From: Balamuthia mandrillaris
Taxonomy: Eukaryota
NCBI GenBank assembly: GCA_031835245.2
Contig: JAVKOQ020000072.1
Coordinates: forward strand, 124,001-188,000
Length of the DNA: 64,000 nt
Direction: 5' to 3'
The position numbers and the translations under genes were made by a program. How positions within the stretch are numbered: the first letter of the stretch is position 1; each line of letters starts with the position of its first letter. This document shows positions 14,524-28,321 of this stretch, piece by piece. The notes beneath the pieces were generated by a model. That model was not told where the DNA came from and searched no databases. It was given only the letters and a program-made list of their open reading frames with translations.

Positions 14524-15451
14524 TTAATATTCGGCATGATACTCGCGGATAACCACCGGGACAGAGGTTGGAGGGATCATCCCCACTTCCGTGCAGACCA
14601 TCGTCAGGAAGGTGGCCGGCGTTACGTCGTACAGCAGGTTCAATAGCTTCAGGTGAGGGTTCGACTTCCAGTTGTGGAGAACGTCCTCGCCCTCCCCGCT
14701 AACTCCTCCCGCTGTGGCACCGGTCATGGCATCTCCACCGATCCCAGCCGCCGCCAGCAGCTCCGAGGCATCGCCGCCAGCAGCACCGCTGCTTTCAAGA
14801 GCGGCCGCAACTGCAACGGCCTCCGCTGGTGTTACAACTCCGCCGCCGCTGCTCGTTGCCGCTGCCTCGAGCTCGTTGCCGCTGCTTATGATGTGCTTGA
14901 ATGTGCGGTTGCGACCTTGTTTGGCAATGCCTGCCACATGGTTGCACAACAGCGCCTATAGATAGATACCGCATACATGAGTTGATGTTAGAAATAAAAC
15001 CAGTTGCAGGAGAAAACAAGTTAATGTGAGGAGAAGAAGAGGAAGAGAAGATGTAACCTCGGGGTCTCCAAGTTCGTTGAAACAGATTGAGTCCAGTTGC
15101 ACTCTTTCACAAAACTTGTAGGTCTCGCAGCAGACAATGACAGGGACATGGTATTCGTGGGCGATCATGGCGACAAGGGCGGTTCCGGCGCGCGATATGA
15201 CGCCGCCATTGGCCAGCAGCGTGAATGCCCCAAAGAATACCTTGGTCACTTCCTTCATGGCGTAGGAGACAGCATTGATGAGGACGTATGTACAATGAAT
15301 GCCACACTGCATTAGCCGACGAAGCAGTTCCTTGCCTTCCTTCATAGGGCGAGAATCAGCAATTATCACCCTAAACTTCTTTCCTTCCTGGTGAGCTTCC
15401 TTCAATATGAGCTCCACAGAATGTGAACTTCAATGGCGTCATTATTCGTCC

Positions 15452-15496
<45 letters not shown>

Positions 15497-16222
15497 GGCA
15501 TTGACAAGAATACATAAAAATGGCGAGGAGTAAGGAAAGGGCGTACGAAGCAAAAGTGAGAATGACATCCCCATCTGTAATTTTGGAGACGCCGTAACTG
15601 GCAATGGCTTGGTCAGCAATCACAATACGTTCCTCTATGAATCTATCAATGATATCAATGAGGTAGTCTTTGGCTTCTTCCTCAGTCATACCCTGTGTCT
15701 TCGGGATTTCCTTCTTCACAAAATTTATGGCATTTCCCATGCTAATGCTGTGCGGACGACAATCCGTTAGGAATTGTATTTGTGGCTTCAAGAAAGGTTC
15801 CAACGTGCGATGCAACGATGCTTCTGGTGGCGTTGTATAATCACGTATGACCTAATATCATGGAGAGAGAGAGAGAGAGAGAGAAAAATTGGTGAAAAGT
15901 GAGTAAATAGAATAAGAGAAGCCCTGACAACCAGCCATGTATAGCAGAAAAGAAAGGATAATTTTTGGCGTACGTCTTTGAAAGCAGTCAACATTCCAAT
16001 GCAACGGGCATTGGAGCCAAGAATGGTGTGATTGGCATACTTCAAACCCAGTTGAATGATGGACGGATGGATGACAGTGTTGGAGAAATCGGTTAGTTGT
16101 AGAGTTTGCGACGAAGCCTTCCTGTATTGGGGTAGATGAGAGAACAATGCCACTTGATTGCTATGTTCCTCCGGCTGACAGAAGTCATGATGTTAAACAC
16201 ATATAGAAAACTTAACGGCAGA

Positions 16223-16277
<55 letters not shown>

Positions 16278-17448
16278 CGTCAAAGCTCCTTTTGGTTGAA
16301 TGTCATATTGACGAGGGCCTTTGGGCTTTTTCTCGTTGGCCTGTGTCCCGCCTCCAGATGAAGGAACAGCGGGGGTGCTGATGGTGGACTGGCTGTCAGA
16401 ATGTGGAGCAGGAGCAGCTTTGGTAGCAGCTCCACCTGATCCGCCTCCGCTTCCTCCTCCGCCTCCGCCTCCGCCTCCTCCAGCTTTTTTGGCAGCCTTA
16501 GCTGCCCTCTGTTGCTCTTGTATGGCTCTACGCTCAGCCCTAGTCAGCTGCTTCTTTTGGGGTGGCGCATTGCCACTGCTGTTTCCTTTTTGTCCGTCTG
16601 CACCGCTGCCTCCTGCATTGTTTTTCTTTGATGCTTTTGAAGCGGGGGTGTCTGGTGTGGTCGATGGCGAGACCGAGGTACCTGCCGCTGTTGCTGGTGC
16701 CGCCGCTGCGGTTGGTGCGGAAGAGAGGCGGTGGTTGCCTTCACCACTAGTCTCGCTTCTAGTCTCAGGTTTGCTGGCAAAACCACTAGTTCGCTGGGGA
16801 GCGCTTGCCGGATTCAGAGGCTACACGCAACCCATGTGCACAATCAGTGGTAGAAAGCGTTTGTTAGTTCTGAGGTTGATGGTTTTGTCAGTGGGAGCTT
16901 CCCTACCTCTTTTTTTATCTCTAGTCCTTGTGTGCTGGAGGCAAGGAAAGCTGTGCCCTTGTCTTTGGCGTAGTGGGTAGTAGGACTGGACCAACCAGGT
17001 ATTCTGCTCCTGTAGTTTTTTTTTAAAAGGATGAAGAGGTGAGAGAGTGCGAGAGAAGGGAGTGATAGAGAGGAGTAAGAGAGAAACTTGTATTGTTTGA
17101 GGTCTTCAAGGCTGTTGGACAAAGGAGACGTAGGAGAGAGAATAACGGCACTGGGGGAAGGAGGAGAAACGGGGGTGCCGTCAGAAGGGCTTCTGGAGGA
17201 AGATGGGATTGAGATTGGGACTGAAGACTGCAGTGGTGGTGAGTAGAGCATAAGCCATGGAAAGAGCGGTAAGTAGGAGTGAAAAGAGAGGAGAATCGTA
17301 CAGAGGTAGGACTGACAGGGAATCCGACTACGCGCACCTTGGGGCTCGCTTTGATGCGTTCGCCTTTGGGGCTGTTGGCTTTCTTGATGGGCTTGGCTTT
17401 AGACTGCCGTTGTTGCTCATTGTCGATTTGTTGCCCTTTTGGTGCCAT
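14524..17448 (-). CDS. EIF2B4: Translation initiation factor eIF2B subunit delta, multi-exon
   Basis: LFSHLPQY, IHPSIIQLGLKY..ILGSNARCIGML, CRPHSISMGNAI, VIIADSRPMKEG, CCETYKFCERVQLDSICFNELGDP, LNLLYDVTP..TEVGMIPPTSVPVVIRE. Start position is approximate. Confidence 0.95.
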
Positions 17449-18085
17449 GAAGGAGGAGGAAAAAGGAGGTAGCGGCGGCGGCGGCGGCGGCGGTGCCACA
17501 AAATACATTTTAAAAAAAACAGGAGGTTAGAGAGAGGCAGCAGCAGAAGGAGGAGGAGGAAGAGGGTTAACCCCGCAGTTTGACTGAGACTCCTTACCAA
17601 ACAACTCGAGCTGGTCTTCGTAGCTTGTCATGTGGCTGCAACGGGTTGCTTCTGACCAACCTTGGTAAGTACCCTCCTCCTCCTCCTTCTTCTCCCCGTA
17701 GTACTCCTTCCGCCGCTGGCTGGGAGCTGCTGCTGCTCTGAAGTGCTGCAGATGTGCTACCACGCCCCCTGCTCAACTTGTGCAGCTTTGAGAACCAACC
17801 CTCAGGTTACATTGGTAACAACAAACAGCTAACAAAACTAAAATATATGATGATGATGGTGAGGATGATGATGATGTTGATGATGATGAGGTGTACCTGT
17901 ATCAATTCAGGGCGTGGAATAACTTTTAGAGAATTCCAAAAATTCTGACAATTTAAGTTTTGCAGCAGCGGAGCCCAGCACGGCACAGCATAGGAGGAGG
18001 AGGAGCAGAGCATACCACACATTTTTAGCGCATAGTTTGGTGGGTGACCGTTAGAACACAACCAAACGAACGAACGGCCTCCAAG

Positions 18086-18823
18086 ATGTCCGCTGTAGAG
18101 GGAGTTTGGTCCAAAGACATAGAGGAAGCCTTTGAGGAGGCCTTGGCAGTTTATCCTCCTTGCGGCCGCCGCAAGATCATCCTCACTGAAGAGGGCAAGA
18201 TGTATGGTGCGTCCCTTGGTTTTGCTGCTTTGCTTCCTGTTTCCCCCCTCCCCACCCTTTTTGCTCTTTTTTTTTTTTTGTTGCTGAGCTTTGCTGGCTG
18301 TGTTGCACAGGCAGGAACGAGTTGATAGCACGATACATAAAGATGAAAACGTCAAAGACTAGGACGAGGAAGCAAGTCTCCAGTCACATTCAGGTGCTTT
18401 CTCGCAAACGCAGTAAGGAGAGCGGAGGCAGGCTATCCCATGGCACCCGACAACGGCACAGCGGAACCTCCTCCACCACTTCTCCGGTACGTGGGGGACC
18501 TGCCGCAGGCGGCTCTTCCCCTTCGAGGACCGGTGAGTAGAACGGCTCTTCTTGGAAGAAATAATCCCGGTTACTAAAACCTCTTTTTTCGTTTTTTGTT
18601 CCCTATTGGAGAAGATGGGGTAAGGCCTGTTAGCAGCGAAGCAGGTCCCCACACGACCACAACCACCGCCACCACTTTTCAACTAAACCCTCGCCCGCCA
18701 CTTCCTCCTCTTCGAACCTCCGACTCGGCTAAGGCCACATTGGAAGGCTTTACCGCGTTCCTCGAGTACGGGGCAGGCTTGCCAACTTCTACTATGGTAT
18801 GTTGGCTTCTCTATGCTGTGCTG

Positions 18824-18856
<33 letters not shown>

Positions 18857-19639
18857 TCTCTCTTTCTCTCTTTCTCTCTTTCTCTCTTTCTCTCCTCTGC
18901 TCTCCGTTGTACTACAAAGGGTCTCTCTATTATCTCTCTATCTTTATGCTAATAGCTCCAAACAATGAAACACAGCACACTCTATTTGACTTTAGAGAAA
19001 CGGAAGGTCTTCACTTTGAGAGCGAAGGTTTGGAAGTTGTCAATGTAGCTGATCTTCAACATATGGTACCAGGGCTGCAGCAGCTCTATGCAAGAGGACC
19101 CAAAGATTCTTTTTACTGTCTAAAGCTCTCTGTACGTATATCACCTGCATGTCAGCGGAGGGGGCATCAACGTGACCGCTGCTGTACTGACGAATACCAA
19201 TTTTTTTTTTCAATAGTGCGACTTGTTGGCAATGCATAAGGAAGGAGAGAATGCGGTGGCCTATTTTGCAAGCAGATACCGCTGCAATAAGCCTCTATCC
19301 TCCATTAAATGTTCGTCGAAGGCCTTCCTGGAGGGAGAGCCAGTAGCCGAAAAGATACAGATCGAGTATGGTGTGCCTGCTGGGGCCAGCGGTTACTCCT
19401 ATATATTCCCCCGCTCTTCTCTCTGCCAATCGGTTGCATCGTTCGTGGACCAAGTGCGGAGCATGCAAAGCAAAGAGGAGATAGACTCCGCCTTGCACAG
19501 CCTTTCCGTATTGCAAACAGTGACAGATCGGGCTACCCAGCAGCCGCTCCTTAGTCTAGTTCTTCTCTTCGATGGTGATTTGGGAGAAGGCTCCCACCGA
19601 CCATTGCATCAACTCTTCCGTCTAACCGCCGCCGCCTAA
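18086..19639 (+). CDS. TEAD: TEA/ATTS-domain transcription factor (TEAD/Scalloped-like) with C-terminal YAP-binding-like domain
   Basis: [67 protein letters not shown]-terminal segments [36 protein letters not shown] and [14 protein letters not shown] resemble the TEAD YBD. Confidence 0.93.
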
Positions 19640-19782
19640 ATGAGACCCATGCCTCTACTCTCCCGTTCCGCTAACAGAAGCACCATTGCCATACCACTTA
19701 TGATAATTTCGAAAATAATAATAATAATAATAATACTAAAAAAGATCTTTAAGGAGAGAGAGAAGAGAGAGAAGAAAAAAAA

Positions 19783-22700
19783 TTACAAGATGTCCGACTT
19801 TTTGGCGTTTCGTGGTTCTCGTTGCAAGGATAGGGCGTAGAGTTCCTTATCATCAAGTTGGGGCATTGCCTTGAACAAGTTGGCGATCTCTGGCAGTGAC
19901 CCAAAGTCATAAGCAGTGGCCTGCATATTTTTGACCATGCTTATGATCTTGTAGATGAGCTCTCGTTTGTAGAAGTTGATAAGGCCGTTGCCTGCTTCAT
20001 CCGGGTTTCCGTCTTCTATGAACGTCAGATCAGAAAGACACACACCACTATCAAAGATAATACCAGTTAGTTGTGGCCGCAACTTTGTAGATACAACAAA
20101 AGCTACTTACATGTAAGGAATGCAGGGTGGAATGGCCTGCTCTAAAGCTGCACGATAGTCCTTGTAGGAACCTTCCATGGACATCAGAGCCTCCGTCTCT
20201 TCCAAGAACTGAGTGTTAACAAGTGGACACGGGTTAATTCTCAAGTGATAAACAAAATTGTAGTTTAGAGAAAGGAACCTTCTTCGCAGGCCCGGGGAGA
20301 CGCTCTCTTGTCCATTTCAGCCGAAGCACCGCCGAGTTGTTGAAGGCAGAAAGGAAGGCCATCAGTGTGTGGAAGTTATTGTACTCGCGCAACGCCTATC
20401 ACACAATTAGTTAGTACTATATGATTAGAACACAGAGCAACAACCCAGAAATAAAAGAAAGTACCTTGGCAACGTTGATGAGTTTCCACATTAATGCTCG
20501 CCTGTTGCGAACCTTTTTCTCTTTTACAATCAACCCAGCAACCCCTGTGGAGATGAAGTTAAAGCTCTCTATCATAGCCATGAGATTCGGGCAGAGGGCT
20601 TGGGTCTTTGGCTTGCTCCATGATTGCTTGAAAAATTCCAAAGGCTGTATACGGGAAAACGCCTTCCATTCCATCAAGCAGAGCTGTTGTGCCATGGCAT
20701 CTTCTTCGAGATCAAAGATAGTGATGCTATCATGGCTGATGAGCTTGGGTATGCCATGCTTTGATGTCATGGAATCTCCTCGTTTGAGAAGCTTTGTGGG
20801 GACGAGGGTGGTTCCTGAAGCAGCTCTCTCAAGGCACTGCGTTAGCCGCTCTGAAATGACAGGATCCAAACTGCTGTCTTGCTTCATAGTGACCTGTATA
20901 AAGCTCTTGAGCGGGCTAATAAGATCTTTGAGATCTTCGTAGTAGTTCTCTATCCAAATCCGCAGCACATCAAACACTCGCATTTTTATGAGGTGTCGCT
21001 CCATTTCTGGTACTGAGTCAGGCACCTCGAAGCTTTTGAAGAAGAAGAACATTAGATTCAAAAAACATAAATGATTTGCAGACTAGGGAAAAATAAGGCA
21101 TTTTCTCACTTACCGTTCCTTTAATTTTTGAAGCAACTCCTTTGGCATACAGAACGTTTTGTAGGTGAAGAAAAACGTGTCGAGGAAATTTTTGTCTGGA
21201 GTCAAGCAAGGTCAGCAAAGAGTAAAGCAAGAAAGAAAATACAACGAAGGTACCATAGTAGGTGGAAGAAGTCAATTGAACAACGAGACGATTCAATGAG
21301 CCATATTCGATCTTATCAGTGGTGCCTTCCTTGTAGCGGGTACCGGTTGAGCCCTTTGGGTCGTAAATATTCAATGTGCGAGGATCTGAACTCGCGGAAG
21401 CGAGATTGGAGCGAGAGAGAACGGATGGTGACTGGGTTTGTGTTTGTTTTTGTTCCCCAGCTAGAACATTGCGGTTAGAGCCACCATTTGTTTGGTTGAT
21501 TTTGTTCCCCTCCGAAGGCCGCAGCAGAAGCACAGACTGGCGATTTACCCTCTTTACTTGTTGCCGTAACGCCAGCTTCGGGTCCAATGCAATAGCTATC
21601 ACAACAAGTTTCTTGGTTATTTCATATTAACTTTCAAAGTAACCAGCATTGTGCAGCCAACAAACCTTCTTCACTATCTTGACCCTGCAAGATAAGGGAA
21701 AAGTTAAGGCGGCCGGCGGCGCTTAAGCCAGAAGAGAAGCCAAGTTGCTGGCAAAGAGTGTTGGTGATGCTTTCAACCGATTGAGTGTAATCTACTTCAA
21801 ACGTCTGTCGCCGCAACTCTGTTGGGGCTTTCCCTCCTTGCCCTGGCTCTAGTGCTACCGCCACGGTTACCTTTTGCGGTTTCAGCATGAAGCGCACTCC
21901 CTTATTCAAAGACAAAATTGAGAAGTCAGATGCCATATAGACCACAGCGCATTAGACTCGAAGGATTGTCAATGGAGTACCATTTGGTGCTGGATATCAT
22001 AGGATTGCAATTCTGCATCTGGGTTGAGCCATTGACCCGCATCTTTTCTTGCGACTTTGCCAGTATGAGGTGGGTTGGCGGTTTTATCTGCCTCTTTCTT
22101 CTTCTCCTTTTTCTCCCCTTCCTCTTTTTCTTTGTTGGAGTTCTCCAGATAAAGGCCATACTTTTCGAGATTCTCGGCAGAGAGACCCAGCTTGTTGCCA
22201 ATCTCTTCAAGCATTTCTCGTACAAGACAATAAGGGTCCACTTGCAGCTGCTGGAAAGTGTTATCCAAAAATTTGACTTTGATTGGCTTGGGCTTGAGGC
22301 GCAGCTCCAATACTGCCTGCCTATGGTTAAGTTCGTAGAAAGCCAACGTTTTTGTGGCCTCCAGCCAAGTGCCTTGCTGTCCGTTAGAGCTTGCATTGGA
22401 ACTGCCACTCTCTGCTGCTGCTGCAATAGTCGGCCTCCTTTGGATTACACTGCCACGTGGAGGCAATGCTGCCGAAGACTGGTCAGGACTCACAAGGTAT
22501 AGGCCGTATTCCTCATAGCTTTCTTCCTTCACATCCTCCTCTACTTCTTTTTCTTTGTCCTTAACTTTGTCTGTTGCATTTGCGAGCGATTTGTTGCCAG
22601 AGGCATGTTTGCTCTTCAAGGCCCCAGGCTTTTGCTTGATGAGTTGGATGATGGTTTCGGAGCAGGTAGCATTAGGATCGAAAGAAAGCATATACTCGGA

Positions 22701-25700
22701 AACATCTGCACGATTAATTCGGAACCGTACGGGCAGTAACCAATTCTTCATCTTGAACTGGCAGATCAAAGGTCCACTGAGCTGGTAGCTACAGAGGGAT
22801 CGTTGTTCTTCCAAACAAACGCCCATCGGGTGAAGATGCAGCCCATAGTCAGCAATATTCCTGAACTTTCCTTTTGGGAATCTGCGCACAATGTCGTGGA
22901 TTATGTCCGCTACAGTTGTTTCCTTCAGATCATAGGAAAGGAACTCTAAATTGATGGCCTGTGAACTGGATATCATCACCATCAAAAAGTTGTTTCCCAA
23001 TCCTAATGCTTCTTTGAACTCTCCCATTTTCTTGGTACAATAGTGTCAGTACCAGTTTTAAAAGGGAAATTGGGCGAGAGAGGGAAAATAACAGAGATGA
23101 ACAGGAATACATAAGGGAGCGAAGAAAATAGAATAGGGAACAAGAAGAGTAAGCAAATAACCTCCAAAAGTTTTTCGGGACCGAACAAGTTGAACATAGC
23201 TTCGTTGTCATCAGTCATATCCTCCTCAAACGTGTTAAGTTGTAGTTCTAACTCCTCTAATTCAATCTCTCGCAGGTCCTGCATGGTCATTTTGTTTATA
23301 TTCTACCAAACTTGGGAAAGAAACCGAAGAGGGAGTAGTACCTTAAAGACAGCCATGAGACCCATTACCAAGAACTCGTTTCGTAGGAAAAAACGCTCCT
23401 CGAGCTCTTCGCAGTTGCTCAAGAGAGCATTGATAAGAGCCAGACAAGATATGCGTAACGGCAACAGCACCACCTGGTATTGTGCAGATTCAACTGAAAG
23501 GGTGGAAAACAGTGTCTCGAATCGTTTCTCTTCGCCGTGTGCCTCTTTATAGTAGCTAAAGGCGTCCAATACTAGCCTATGGGTTATTGAGACAGAAAGT
23601 GAAATAAAAGAGCTGATACGTTAACTAGAGAAACGAGAGAGAGAGAGAGAGAGAGAGAAGGGAAGGAAGAGCAGGATATGACGCACTTGCTGTGTTCAGG
23701 ACGAGCTTCACAGAGACGAGCTAGAATCTCGATAGCAAGCTTTACTACTCGCAGGTTTTGACAGTCTAAGTTGAGAGTGAGAAGCTTGATTGCCTCTGCC
23801 GTAACGAGCTGCTCTGTTAAACTTTTCAGCCGTACCTAATGCAACAGCAACAAGGTGGTGAGCCATGCAAGGAACTGAAAGAAGATAATGCACAAACCTT
23901 CCACAAAGCCTTATAACAATTAAGCAAGTTCTCTCGCAAGGCTTCAGCTTGTTGGCCTGATTGCTGCAACACGTTGGAGAGTTGGGAGAGAACAACTTGT
24001 GCTCCTCCCGAGTCAGCAAATTTCATTATCCAAGTAACGGGCTTGGAGGTCAGCGAGACACGGAGCGTGGTTATTTGCTTAAGTGAGGGTGCATTTGTGG
24101 AGAGAGCCTCTACGAAGAAGGCAGGGTCATCAGAGTTAACAGCACCAGCAGAGGCAGAGTCTCCTATGGCCTCCGCTGAATGCTTTCCGATGGTGCCGCG
24201 CGCTAAATCGAGGGGACGGGGAGCGGAGAGATCCACAAGACCCGCTCCCTTCGACTGTAGCAGCAAGAGCCACTTTTTGTCGTTATCCAGCTTCATCATG
24301 CTCAGTTTCTTTTCCATAGGGATATCCATTTGATCTAACAGCAGCTCGAAAGCTAGCTTCCATTCGATATAAGGTGGAGGTTTGCTAGGGGCGTGCTCCT
24401 TGCTAAGGATTTTTTGAGCTTGGCGAATAAGAGCCAAGTCCCCATGCTTGCTTATATATTGTTTTGTGTCACTTTCCAGAGGGTTGCCTCCCAGCTTGAG
24501 CCTGTACAATTTGAGGAAAATGAGTGGCAGAGGCACCTCTTTCAGTTGATTACCGTCCAATGCCACCACCTGCAACTGGTTCAGTCTCTTAAACTCGCTG
24601 AAGGTCGCAAAAAAGACAATGTCATACAAACATCGGTAAGTTAGCCATATACAAAATCTGCAGGGGGAAAGAATTCGTCTCTACCTTGGCAGGCCCGACA
24701 GCCGATTATTCTCCAGATGAAGCTTGTGAAGGTTGGTGAGATTTCCAAAGGACGGTGGCAGCTCTTCCAACTCATTGTTGCCAAGATAGAACTCGTTCAG
24801 GTTTACCAAGTTGCCAATAGATGCAGGCAAGGAGGTAAGAGCATTGTCATTCAGCTTTAGAGTGACCAGATTGACCAGGTTGCCAAACTCCTCCGGCAGC
24901 TCCGTTAATCTGTTGTGTCCTAATAGCAGCGCTTTCAGTGCTGTCATTCCTCCTATCGATGGAGGCAGCGACGTGATCGAGTTTGAGGTAAGGTCTATAG
25001 CAGAAGCACAAAAGGTCAGGATGCTGGAAAGAAAAAAAAAACAACAGCAAGGGAGGGGGATTAGTTTACAAACCAAGGTTCTTAAGCACAACGAGATTGG
25101 CTAAAGCAGCAGGCGGGAGACTGCTCAGCTCATTTCTTTGAAGAAGAAGCTCATTAAGTTGAGAGAGACCGGCCAGCTCTTGGTCTGGAAGAGTAGCTAC
25201 ACAGTTGTCTACAAGGCTAAGGCTAGTGAGGGAATATAGTGATCCAATGCCTGCTGGTAACGCGGAGAGTTCGTTGCCAGCGAGGCTAAGCTTTTCGAGC
25301 ATAGTCATGCTTGCCAAGTCAAGCTCAGAGGGAAACTGCTTCAGGCCATTATGCGCCAAGGTCAGAGCCGTCATTTTGGGAAACTGCATGCTCTGCTGTA
25401 GTTGGTGGCCAAAGGCAAGAGAACCACCCGCCCCCGATAGAGCACTCATCATTTCTAACGATTCCGATCGACGTCGCATTTCTTCCCTTCGCCTTTCTCG
25501 TTCCAATCTTTCAACCTCATCTTGGCCCATGGGGATATTACTACCGCTGCCCGATAGCCGTTTAAGAGTCAACAGGCTACCGGCTTCGCTGGACTCGTCA
25601 CCACCACTCTGCATTTGATTGCTTGTGGTTTGCTCCGCTGCTGCTGCCACGTAGTGACGATGGCTGCCATCATTGTTGTGGTTGAGAAGGGAGATTGCCG

Positions 25701-27051
25701 GCCTAAAGCGGGTGTTTGGTGGGGTTGGTGCAGGGCCTCTAGCCGGGCGCGTTGGTCCTCGTGCAGAACCACTCTGCAGTGAGCGCGGAGAAGGTGGTGA
25801 TGCCGCTTGAACGGGGGGTTGAAAAGGTGAGGGAGGTGAAGAAGGGGAAATTGAAGAGCCTGAGGAAGGAGAAGCAGGAGGCGAAAGGGGGTACGGAGGA
25901 GATGACAGACGCTCATTGGAGCTTCCGGGTCTGTGAGCAGGAAGTGGAGGCAATACGAAGGCTCCAGAGGGAATTCGGCGAGGATCTTTGAAGCCACTTT
26001 CCATTGCCTCGCTGTGGCTGTGTCTGGTAGGCTTTGTATCTACCGGTTGCTTTTTTGATCGCTTAGTGCCCTTGTCTTTGTTTTTTTTCTCCTTTTTACC
26101 CTTGTCTTTCTTTTCTTTCTTACCTCCGTCCTTATCTTTGTTCCCTCCTCCAGCTGCTGTTATGACGGCACCGAGGCCCACAGGAGAGGCAGGTGGTGTG
26201 TACCGCGGCGAAGAAGAATTAGAAGAGCCGGTGGTAGAAGAGGAATGAGGAGGAGACGATTGGAAAGCAAGGGAGAGAAGAAGTGGCTGATCAAGAACAG
26301 CGCCCACTACACTGGCGCCAACACCGGGAGGTGGGCTACCGTGTCCCATTGAAGAGGTGGAGTGCCTTTTCCTGCCCTCTTCCGCCAGCTGCTGTTTGTT
26401 GGCATAGTATTCACGACCTTTGATGACGCCCACAGTCTCTCCTCGCCGCCGTTTCTCTTCTTCCTTCTCCTTCTTTTCCTTTTTGTCCTTCTTGTTGGAC
26501 CCTCCGCCGCCGCTACCTCCAGAAGATTTTTTGCGGAAGCTGCCAAAAGCGTTGGCCGCGGCGCTTCTCGGGCTGCCACCACTGTTGCTGCTGGTGCGTT
26601 TGTGTCCAGGGTCTCCTGGGGAAGAGCCAGAAGCCAGCGCCTCTTCAAGAAGAGCTTCGCCGCCCAGGTAGTTGTAGTCCAAGGAGAGTTGTTGTAACGC
26701 AGAGAGGTATCGAAGCGGGGGTGGCACCGCCGTTAGCCTGTTCTTGGTGAGGTGAAGTTCCTGCAAGCTTGTAAGGTGTTTCATTCCCTCCGGCAGATCT
26801 CTCAGCTCGTTCTCGGTGAGGGTGAGGGCCACCAGCCCTTGGAACCTCTCCAAGCCCTCCTGCGGCAGGCTGTTGAGGTGGCATGCTGTTATGGTCACAC
26901 GGGAGAGCTTCGGCAGTTGCCCCGTTATGTTTTGCAACAACTTCTCAATCTCCTTCTCGCTACGCTCCTTTTTCTTTCCTTCGATGAGAGCAAAATGGGT
27001 TCCCCCTTTGGTCTTTGCCACTTCGATGGCTTTCGACACATTTCCTCCCAT
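19783..27051 (-). CDS. Multidomain RasGEF: LRR, GBD/FH3, ubiquitin-like (RA/FERM-N) repeats, REM, CDC25; multi-exon
   Basis: N-terminus MGGNVSK fits a myristoylation signal. LxxLxLxxNxLxxLP repeats. FELLLDQMDIP..KKWLLL and LRVSLTSKPVTWIMKF (GBD/FH3). YGLHL/YGLYL..WL ubiquitin-like motifs. RVFDVLRIWIENYYEDL (REM). [37 protein letters not shown] (CDC25). Confidence 0.9.
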
Positions 27052-27407
27052 TCTTTATTATTGCCTCCCCTTTCCTTTCGTATTCTGTTTGTAGTTTGCT
27101 GACAAGTGGGGGAAGCGCCGCCGCCGCCAACTACCTCTTATTTTACCTTTTTTTTTTTTTTTGGGGGGAGGAGTCTCCCCACACGTTCCGCGTAAGTCTT
27201 CTTCTTCTTGCCTCCCTTTTTTTTTTTTTGCAGTTGAACGACAACAAGATCGATCAACAACGGGACCCAGGGCGTATGATAATTGATTGGTTCCCATCTT
27301 CTGTTAATTAATGCCCTTTCTTTATTGCCGCCAGTTTGGGCAAAACACCAAAGAAAGGACAACCAGGGCCCTGGTGAACAAAGGTTAACAAAGCCTCATC
27401 CCCCACT

Positions 27408-28321
27408 ATGTCGCTTCACTCTCTTGTTATTATCTCCCCCAATGATGACATACTGTTTTCCAGAGTTATCCCCGAAGAGGATACGTAAGCCTGCGCCTCG
27501 CATTCTTTTTTTTTAAAAGAAATATTTGCTACAGCGTCTCACTGCCCATGCCATTTCCTTTCTCTCTTTTCAGAGACAGTTGGCATCAAGAACTCTATCG
27601 CATTTGGTTGGAGGAATTTAACAAAGCTCGTTCAGATAGAGCGGTCGTTGCCACTTTGCGGTGAGTTACGTTCGTTGGAGTGAGAGGAGAGAGCAGAATT
27701 CTGACTAAACAAAAACTTTCAGAGAGACAAACATCGTATTTGCCACAGTGGGAGAGCTTTCATTCTTCATTTCAGGGAAGGAAGACATGGACGAGCTAGC
27801 ACGTGCGTTTTTTTTGTCTTTTGAAGCCTGCTGTAAACTCACGAAACAGTTTCTTTCTTCTTTTGCATGTTTTGGCTGGTTGTCTGCTAAATAAAATTGA
27901 CTTATTGGGCCTGTCAGTGGAGGGCCTATTAAACTTTATGGTCATGCTGTTACGTGAAATTACAAAAAGTACTGATTTAGAAGAGAAGGTCTTCTCTGAA
28001 AAGTTTGCAAAGATTTCACAGGCCATCGACGAAGTGTTTGCTTTGGTACATTCTTCTCCTCCTGCAATGTTCCACTGCCACTCTGCCCTATCCTATTTGC
28101 TAACTAAACAAACCTACATGAACTGGGATGTAAACTAGAATGGTATGGTGGAACAGTTGAACATAGCGTGGATTTTGGGAATGGAGTCTATGAATCCAGA
28201 AGAGTCTAGGGTCAGGGCCATGAAAGAGGGGATGAAAAGAGTGGCTCCACCTGCCCCTACCATTCCATTTAAACTTCATGACTTCTCCAAGGAAGGCAGA
28301 AAGAGCTGGGGCATGGTCTGA
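27408..28321 (+). CDS. TSET complex small (sigma/longin) subunit, TSPOON/LOLITA-like, spliced
   Basis: Exons read manually: MSLHSLVIISPNDDILFSR / RDSWHQELYRIWLEEFNKARSDRAVVATLR / ETNIVFATVGELSFFISGKEDMDELAL / VEGLLNFMV..EKVFSEKFAKISQAIDEVFAL / NGMVEQLN... This matches the LOLITA pattern as I recall it (IVYTxLGDVSIFLVGKDEYDELAL...FLDKYxRIxxxLDEIVxNGLLE). The first splice junction is unresolved. Confidence 0.75.
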
